Shown: positions 57,537 to 64,000 of the stretch, one piece after another | Position numbering within the stretch: position 1 is the stretch's first letter | Layout of the letters: the number at the start of each line of letters is the position of its first letter | From: Spirochaetia bacterium | GTDB lineage: Bacteria > Spirochaetota > Spirochaetia > SP-2023 | Assembly: GCA_965225855.1 (NCBI GenBank) | Contig: CBDDCK010000005.1 | Span: forward strand, 352,001-416,000 | Direction: 5' to 3' | DNA: 64,000 nucleotides | Notes under the pieces: model-generated | The model's database searches: none | Seen by the model: only the letters and a program-made list of their open reading frames with translations | Told to the model about the DNA's origin: nothing | Position numbers and translations under genes: made by a program

Positions 57537-60500
57537 GTGATAGTGGAAAACAGAACAATGCACAATTACAATATCGTTTTAATTTTGTATTTACTTGCTG
57601 GGGGGATTGCTACTCCTTTTCATCTCTTGGCTCAAGACCTGAATCATGAGCTGCAAGACCCAGTATCCGCCCCAGATAATAACCGTGCGGTCTACTCGCT
57701 GCCTTCAGAAGGTTTGCAAAGTGCGGCTGCTTTGCTGGAGCTAACGGTAGAGCGTTTGCAGCAAGGGCAATATCAAGCGGCGTTTCAAGCTGCCGGCAAT
57801 TACTTGTTGCTCTATCCACAACACTATCGTATTGCTGAAGGCAATTTTTACCGTGCGGTTGCCCACTACCATTTAGGCCAACTAGAGCAAGCGCGCGTTG
57901 GTTTTAATGCTTTACTGACAGCCAGCTCACAGAAAGCGCGCCGTTTTGGGGTTTTCTACTGGTTGGGGTTATGCTCTTATCGCTTGGGTGAGCTAGACAC
58001 GGCTTATGATATTTGGTTACGGCAACTGCTCGTGCGCGAAGCGGGTGCAGCCGATTATTTGCAGCAAACGTATTTGGGCTTGGCCCAAGTATTGGCCCAG
58101 CGTGGGCAAGATGACCAAGCATTACAGTATTACCGCATGTTAGAAGGCAAGGCCAAACGCAAAGCTGGTTTTGTCTATGGTGGCTTGGCTTTGCGTTTGG
58201 GTTTGTATCATGAAGCCTACAATGCCTTTGGTTCTTATTTAATTCAAAAAAATATTGGGGCGGGCCCTTTGCGCTCTCAAGCCCTGTTCTACCAAGGGCA
58301 AGCAGCATTTTTTGCGGGTTTGCTTGTGCCGGCTAAGCAAAGTTTGGATACAGTTTTGCGCTTGTATAATAGCCGCGAGCGCTTGTTTTTAGCCGCTTTA
58401 CTGATGCGTTTGTGTATCGCACTGGGAGAACAAGATAACCAAACCGCCCAGCGTTTTTATGATCAAGCGGTGTTGTTAGAGCAACGCTACCGCCACGGCA
58501 TGAAGGATTGGTTGAATGCGGTGGAACTGCCGTTATTTATGTTGCAAGGCTATTACCCTTTGGCTTTAAAGCACATGAAGGCAAAACTGGCACGTAGCCA
58601 AGGCAGCACTGAAAAGGAAATAGCCCGCTTTAATGTCGCTTTAGTGCAAGCCTTTGTCGATGTGCGCTATGCCACACGGCAACTACAAAAGCTAAAGCAG
58701 TCCTTTGTTTTGGATATTCGCGAACGAGCTTGGTTTCATTCAGCGCGTTTGCAAATTTCTTTCCCTTTGACGCGCTCTGTTGGCCTAGCCGAAATGGAGT
58801 CTTATTTGGCTGAATATCCCGAAGGGGTTTATGCCAAAGATGCTGTGCGCATTTTGTTGAGGATTTACCGCAGTGATCCCCAGCGTTTTTGGCTGCAAAC
58901 TTCGGTTTTGCTTGCTGGATTGGTGGAAGGCCATACCGGCCTTTGGAGTGTGGGCGAACGAGCCCGCTTGCATTTGTATTGGGCAGAAATGGCGCGCCAG
59001 TTAAACAACACGCGCGCAGCCCTAAAATATTTGCACCAAAGTTGGCAGTTGACCCCGCAACAGTTGGTGGGTTTGCAAGCTTATTACCGCACTGGTGCTA
59101 TTTATTTTGACCAAAGGCAATATAGCCGGGCTTTAGGGTATTTTCGAGAGGTACAGTTAAAATTGGCTACTTTGCCATCGGATTCTGCTAGTGTACAGGA
59201 AAACTTGCAGGGAGAGGCCCAAGAATTGTCTTTTTATACTGAATTGGCCATGGCCCAATCCTATGCTGGTGCGGGGGATTCCCACAAAGCATTGGCCCAG
59301 TTTCAACAGCTTATCCAAAAAAGCCGTGATGCTCGGCACAATGTGCAGCAAACCCAGTTGCAATTGGGCTTGGTCTATTTTTACCAAAAAGCCTACGGCC
59401 AAGCTGTAGATACTTTTGACGTAATTATTTCTCAAGGTACTTATCCCAGTAACCAGCCTGATATCTCCCCCGATCAATATCCGCCTGCGTTGATGGCTTT
59501 GTATTGGAAGGGTGAGGCTTTATTTCGCCAAGGTTTGTTTACTGCAGCAAGGCAAAGTTTCCGTCAGGCCAACGAAATTTATCCAGAAGCATTGGGGGCC
59601 AACGCCTATTTGCGTGCGGCCTTAGCGGCGAAAGCCGCCGAGGACTACCTTAGTGTCATTGAGGATTTACAGCAGGCTCAAAGATTTGTGGCAAAGGATA
59701 ACCTGTTGCAATTGCTCGATATTGATTTTAACTTGGTCAAATATAATTTATTGCTGCGCCGAGACGATGCGGCTATTGAGGCTGCAGAGCATTTATTGGA
59801 AAACATACCGCCAGCGTATGATTTTTTGGGGGAAGCTTTCTTAGAAATTGCAGAGCTACATTTTAACCAAGGGGACTTAAACCGCAGCAAAGCGGTTTTA
59901 AAGCTGTTAGAACAAAAATTTATCCGCAAGCTGCCCCCGCGCGAGAATCACAAACAAAAACGGTTAGAGGCCTACTTACAAGAGCAAAGTAGCTCTAGTA
60001 CTCCCCATTTTGGCAATATTTTGCTCGATAGTGATTTGAGTGCAAACCTCAAAGATGGTTTGTTTGATTTTGATACCAAAGATTTTATCCGCTTTTATAG
60101 TATGCACCCCATATCTTCAGAGAAAAGTATGGGGAGTAATAATGCGACTGTGCTGGAGGATAATATAAACTTTTATGTGCAGAGTAATGCCAATCAAGAT
60201 GGTGAGGTGATGCGTTCTTCCATATTTTCGGGCCTGTATTTATTGGGCATTATCCATGCGGAAGAACAAGATATTTTTGAGGCTACACAATATTTTTTGC
60301 AATATCTAAAAAAGGAACCTTTAGGCCCTTATGCCTTTTCTGCTATAAATAGCGTACTGCGTTTGCTGCCAGAATTAAATACCCGATATACTCGCAAGCT
60401 ATATACGCAGCTAAGAAATGCCCGCTTGGGCGATGCTTTGAGTTCTCTGTTGTTTGTGCGTTATTGGTCTTTGCAAGATGAGACGCCAAAGAAAAAACGC

Positions 60501-60923
60501 GCCTTGGAAAAAATAATCAAGCAAACACTTTCTATCAATGCACGCAAAGAAGCCATGTATCATCTAGCTGTGTATTACCGCAAGCAAGGGAATTTAGAAC
60601 GCTCTGGTCAGCTTTTGTTAAATTTGCGCAATATTCGTGGCGGCAATTTGGCTTTGGACCCAGAGAATCATTGGGCTGGGCTTGCCAATTTGGAGCTGGG
60701 CCGCAGTGCTTACCGTGAAGGCAATATCAATGATGCTAAACTATTTTTTAAAGCTATAACCCAGCAAGCCCAAGGCATTGAGGCCCAGCCAGAAACTTTA
60801 GCCGAGGCCTTGTATTGGTTAGCCAGTATTGCCCATTTTGAGGGCAATCCAAATGAAGTGCAACACTACCGCCAAAGTTTGCAAGAGCTTGCCCCCGGAA
60901 GTGAGTGGCTACGCAAACTTTAG
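57537..60923 (+). CDS. Large secreted TPR-repeat protein
   Basis: 1128 aa; signal peptide; repeated TPR motifs (FYWLGLCSY, ALFYQGQAAF, ALYWKGEALF, ALYWLASIA). Confidence 0.8.
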   Translation: MIVENRTMHNYNIVLILYLLAGGIATPFHLLAQDLNHELQDPVSAPDNNRAVYSLPSEGLQSAAALLELTVERLQQGQYQAAFQAAGNYLLLYPQHYRIAEGNFYRAVAHYHLGQLEQARVGFNALLTASSQKARRFGVFYWLGLCSYRLGELDTAYDIWLRQLLVREAGAADYLQQTYLGLAQVLAQRGQDDQALQYYRMLEGKAKRKAGFVYGGLALRLGLYHEAYNAFGSYLIQKNIGAGPLRSQALFYQGQAAFFAGLLVPAKQSLDTVLRLYNSRERLFLAALLMRLCIALGEQDNQTAQRFYDQAVLLEQRYRHGMKDWLNAVELPLFMLQGYYPLALKHMKAKLARSQGSTEKEIARFNVALVQAFVDVRYATRQLQKLKQSFVLDIRERAWFHSARLQISFPLTRSVGLAEMESYLAEYPEGVYAKDAVRILLRIYRSDPQRFWLQTSVLLAGLVEGHTGLWSVGERARLHLYWAEMARQLNNTRAALKYLHQSWQLTPQQLVGLQAYYRTGAIYFDQRQYSRALGYFREVQLKLATLPSDSASVQENLQGEAQELSFYTELAMAQSYAGAGDSHKALAQFQQLIQKSRDARHNVQQTQLQLGLVYFYQKAYGQAVDTFDVIISQGTYPSNQPDISPDQYPPALMALYWKGEALFRQGLFTAARQSFRQANEIYPEALGANAYLRAALAAKAAEDYLSVIEDLQQAQRFVAKDNLLQLLDIDFNLVKYNLLLRRDDAAIEAAEHLLENIPPAYDFLGEAFLEIAELHFNQGDLNRSKAVLKLLEQKFIRKLPPRENHKQKRLEAYLQEQSSSSTPHFGNILLDSDLSANLKDGLFDFDTKDFIRFYSMHPISSEKSMGSNNATVLEDNINFYVQSNANQDGEVMRSSIFSGLYLLGIIHAEEQDIFEATQYFLQYLKKEPLGPYAFSAINSVLRLLPELNTRYTRKLYTQLRNARLGDALSSLLFVRYWSLQDETPKKKRALEKIIKQTLSINARKEAMYHLAVYYRKQGNLERSGQLLLNLRNIRGGNLALDPENHWAGLANLELGRSAYREGNINDAKLFFKAITQQAQGIEAQPETLAEALYWLASIAHFEGNPNEVQHYRQSLQELAPGSEWLRKL

Positions 60924-60966
60924 GGAATCCTTAATATTCTGTTTTCATTGTAAAATTTAGGAAAAT

Positions 60967-61790
60967 ATGTCAATAAAAGAACAGTTTGAACAACATTTCA
61001 AGGGCTTTGTTCTTGGATTGCAAGAGCACATTAGTACAGAAGACGGTCAATGGGCTGTAAAAGGATTTATTGATGTATTAAAAAATGTCTATACGATTTC
61101 TTCTGACACCAAAATTGTATCAAAAATTCTTGAAATCCATCTGTTTCCCAAAATTATGGAGTTTGCCAAATTATATGGATACAAAATAGTTTTAGCAGAA
61201 CATCAAAATTACTACCCAGATATTTCTTTTGTCAAAATTGAAGATGAGACAATAAAATTTGCTGTTGATTTCAAGACCACATACAGATGCCCTCAAAAGC
61301 CATTTTTATGCAATGGTTTTACGCTGGGCTCTCATGGAAAATATTTTGAAGACAGAACTAGCACACAAAAAACATCCAGTTTCCATATGCTACATATGCG
61401 GGGCATTTTTGTTTAGGAATTATCTACAACCGTGTTGAGGGAGCTTCAATTGATGAAACAAGAAGCTATGAAATTGGGCAGCTTCAGTCTATAACATCAG
61501 TGGTAAGAGATTTTCAGTTCTTTGTCGCTGAAAAATGGAAAATTGCTAGTGATAAAAGTGGGAGTGGCAATACTGCAAACATTGGCAGTATCAACAATAT
61601 TAAAGATATTATCAATGGAAATGGCATGTTCTCTAAGTTAGGTGAGACATGGTTTGATGATTATTGGATGAATTACAAAAAAATCACAGTTTCCGATAGC
61701 AAAGGTGGTACGAAAAAGATCGCCTCACTAAAAGATTTTGTAACATACCGCCAAGGCGATGTATCGTTAATCGTAACCAAGTACAATTGA
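60967..61790 (+). pseudogene. EcoRV-family type II restriction endonuclease, split by one frameshift
   Basis: ORFs 60967-61416 and 61500-61790 join into one protein with SDTKIVSKILE, QNYYPD, VDFKTTY, FTLG and KWKIASDKSGSGNTANIGS, resembling R.EcoRV. Frameshift at about 61362-61372. Confidence 0.88.
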
Positions 61791-61808
61791 GCACCGAAAG
61801 AGTAAGAA

Positions 61809-62711
61809 ATGAAAGTACATGTTCCCCCCATTAAATCGCAAGGAATAAAAACCAAGCTCGTCCCTTGGATCAACAGCATTATTCCTCATGACTTTGATGG
61901 CCGTTGGATTGAGCCATTTATGGGGACTGGAGTTGTTGCCTTTAATCTGGCTCTTGAACATGCCTTTTTATGTGATACAAACCCACATTTGGTCCATTTT
62001 TATCAGTCCATTGCCGATGGTAAAATAACACCAGAAATAGTAAAAATATTTTTAGAAAAGGAAGGGGCAATATTATTAGAAAAAGGTGAATCTTACTATT
62101 ACGAAATAAGGGATAGATTCAATAATAATCACGCTTCATTGGATTTTCTATTTCTTAATAGAGCCGGCTTTAATGGTATGATTCGCTTTAATCGCAAAGG
62201 CGGTTTAAATATTCCATTTTGTAAAAAACCACAACGCTTTGTCCAAGCCTATATCACAAAAATTGTCAATCAAGTTGCCTATGTAAGCCGATTATTCAAG
62301 GCTAAAGATTTTGTTTTCCAATGCCAGTCATTTGAAGAAACAATTGCCTCTAGCGATTCCGAAGATATTATTTATTGTGATCCACCTTACATTGGCCGAC
62401 ATGTTGATTATTACAATGGCTGGAATGGAGAGCATGAAAAAGCACTTTATACAGCATTGTCAAAAACACCGAGCAAGTTCATTTTATCAACATGGCACCA
62501 CAATGATTTTAGAGAAAATGAATATATAGAATTATTTTGGAAAGATTTCTATATATTGACAAGGCAACATTTTTATCATGTCGGAGGCAGGGAAAAGTTT
62601 CGCAATTCTATGATGGAGGCAATTGTTGCCAATTATGAAACTGCTACATATTGTTGCCAAGAACTCAAACAACCAGAGCAAATGATGCTGTTTTTAAAAG
62701 CGCAGGTATAA
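61809..62711 (+). CDS. DNA adenine methyltransferase, M.EcoRV/Dam family
   Basis: N-terminus VPPIKSQGIKTKLVP resembles M.EcoRV; WIEPFMGTG, FLFLNRAGFNG and CDPPY motifs; intact. Confidence 0.92.
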   Translation: MKVHVPPIKSQGIKTKLVPWINSIIPHDFDGRWIEPFMGTGVVAFNLALEHAFLCDTNPHLVHFYQSIADGKITPEIVKIFLEKEGAILLEKGESYYYEIRDRFNNNHASLDFLFLNRAGFNGMIRFNRKGGLNIPFCKKPQRFVQAYITKIVNQVAYVSRLFKAKDFVFQCQSFEETIASSDSEDIIYCDPPYIGRHVDYYNGWNGEHEKALYTALSKTPSKFILSTWHHNDFRENEYIELFWKDFYILTRQHFYHVGGREKFRNSMMEAIVANYETATYCCQELKQPEQMMLFLKAQV

Positions 62712-62897
62712 ACACATATCATAAACAATATTCCCCAAGTTATTCGCGTATATTTCTCGAGCTTTGTGCCTATATATTTTCATTGTTAAAAAATCATCAG
62801 CTATAGACGAAACATAACAAAATCATTATAAATACTTTCTAATTTTGGCCAGACTCTCAAGCTATGGACAAAAATATCAATAACGAAAAAGATTCCT

Positions 62898-63851
62898 ATG
62901 AAAATTTTTGTTAAACTATATAATCCCCTGCTGCTTATATTTATGGTACTGTTTTCGTGCCAAAAATCCCCAGTATCGCAAAATTTCCAAAAAGATTCCC
63001 AAGAAAGTTTGAAAAAGCCGATTGTTGTTACGACTATTGCCCCATATGAATTTTTGCTACAACAGTTAGCAGGAGATTTCATTGAAATCCTGAACACCAG
63101 CGAACAATCGAATAACCCCCATGTACTAGACTTGCGACCCCAACAAGCAATTCAATTGCAAGCAGCCTATTTATTTTTAAGTTTGAATCCGCTGGAAGAA
63201 GAATCCATTTTAAAAAATCTGGGCCAACAAACCAAAGTGCTGGAAATGTGGTATGGCTTTCCGCTGCTAGATACAAAAGGAGCGCATGAACATCAAGAAG
63301 AAGAACATGGGGAAACACATGCAGAGCATGACGAAGAAGGCACAGACTCCCGTGCCCAAAATGCTTGGGACCCACATTTTTGGCTTAGCCCAAAATTCCT
63401 GCCCATACAAATTAACGCTATGGCCAATGAATTAGAATCGCTACTTACTCCATCCCAAAAGGAAATTTTGCAACGCAATAAAGAAGCACTTTTGCAGCGC
63501 AATCGCGATTTAGTAGTTTATTTGCGCAGTAAATTATCCCAATTGCAAAACGGCAAAATTATTAGTTTCCATTCGTCCCTAGCCTACTTTGCTGATTTTT
63601 TTGGTGCGCAACAAATTTTTGTTGAATCCCAAAATACCAAACTTGGGCCTGAAGAAATGCTCCACCTATTTACAGAAGCTCAAGAATTGACTTTCCCCGT
63701 TTTGTTGAGTGCGCCCCAGTTTGAACAAGAAAGTGCCAAGATTTTAGCTAAGCAATTAAAACTAACCCTGTTAGAATTTAACCCTCTGCAGCCAGATATT
63801 TTTGCATCGCTTTCTAATCTCGCCGATCAGCTAACACAGTTTGCCAAATAA
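62898..63851 (+). CDS. znuA: Zinc/metal ABC transporter substrate-binding lipoprotein
   Basis: LFS-C lipobox, NPH, His/Glu-rich loop, DPHFWLSP and FHSSLAYF motifs. Confidence 0.88.
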   Translation: MKIFVKLYNPLLLIFMVLFSCQKSPVSQNFQKDSQESLKKPIVVTTIAPYEFLLQQLAGDFIEILNTSEQSNNPHVLDLRPQQAIQLQAAYLFLSLNPLEEESILKNLGQQTKVLEMWYGFPLLDTKGAHEHQEEEHGETHAEHDEEGTDSRAQNAWDPHFWLSPKFLPIQINAMANELESLLTPSQKEILQRNKEALLQRNRDLVVYLRSKLSQLQNGKIISFHSSLAYFADFFGAQQIFVESQNTKLGPEEMLHLFTEAQELTFPVLLSAPQFEQESAKILAKQLKLTLLEFNPLQPDIFASLSNLADQLTQFAK

Positions 63852-63937
63852 AAACTAGCATTCTGGAATTCTTGATTGTAGTATAACCTTTTATATATCC
63901 AGACCGTTTTGTATATTCAGTTTGTCAAGGTAAAAGC

Positions 63938-64000
63938 ATGCCCCATGCCATTGAAATTGAAAATCTATCCTTTCAGTATCCCAGCCATCGACGTATTATT
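63938..64000 (+). CDS. Probable metal ABC transporter ATP-binding protein, 5' end (truncated by the window)
   Basis: MPHAIEIENLSFQYPSHRRII is a typical ABC ATPase N-terminus and lies directly after znuA. Confidence 0.6.
   Translation, partial: MPHAIEIENLSFQYPSHRRII

Overview
Chromosomal window from a spirochete-like bacterium, judged from gene content and order (surA-like PPIase-nusB-TPR, ftsZ-xerD-TPR, spirochete-type recJ and rpoZ). The housekeeping backbone is recJ, yajC-secD-secF, ispH, tpiA-secG, nusB, recQ, apt, pdxS, rpoZ-miaA, tRNA-Tyr/tRNA-Thr, xerD, ftsZ, pheT, folP-folB-folK, tmk, an inositol monophosphatase, an EcoRV-like R-M pair with a frameshifted endonuclease, and znuA/znuC. 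It is interrupted four times by paralogous modular surface-lipoprotein genes (about 1.8-5.6, 26.7-28.5, 35.0-36.7 and 51.3-53.4 kb) built from two shuffled ~120-aa modules. Three of these carry a shared non-coding chassis: an upstream 39-bp box, a promoter-like block with a poly-C tract and a 3' hairpin block. The most striking structure surrounds the fourth copy. It lies in a 3461-bp element (50242-53702) with no transposase. The element is bounded by 45-bp TG...CA terminal inverted repeats, each holding two GAC(A/G)TGATAACT boxes 23 bp apart, and is flanked exactly at both ends by a 232-bp direct duplication. It also carries a degraded type I R-M hsdS fragment. Copies 2 and 3 are followed by 23-bp tandem arrays (19 and 5 units), and copy 3 also has a perfect 52-bp palindrome. 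Family assignments come from recognised motifs only; no database searches were run.
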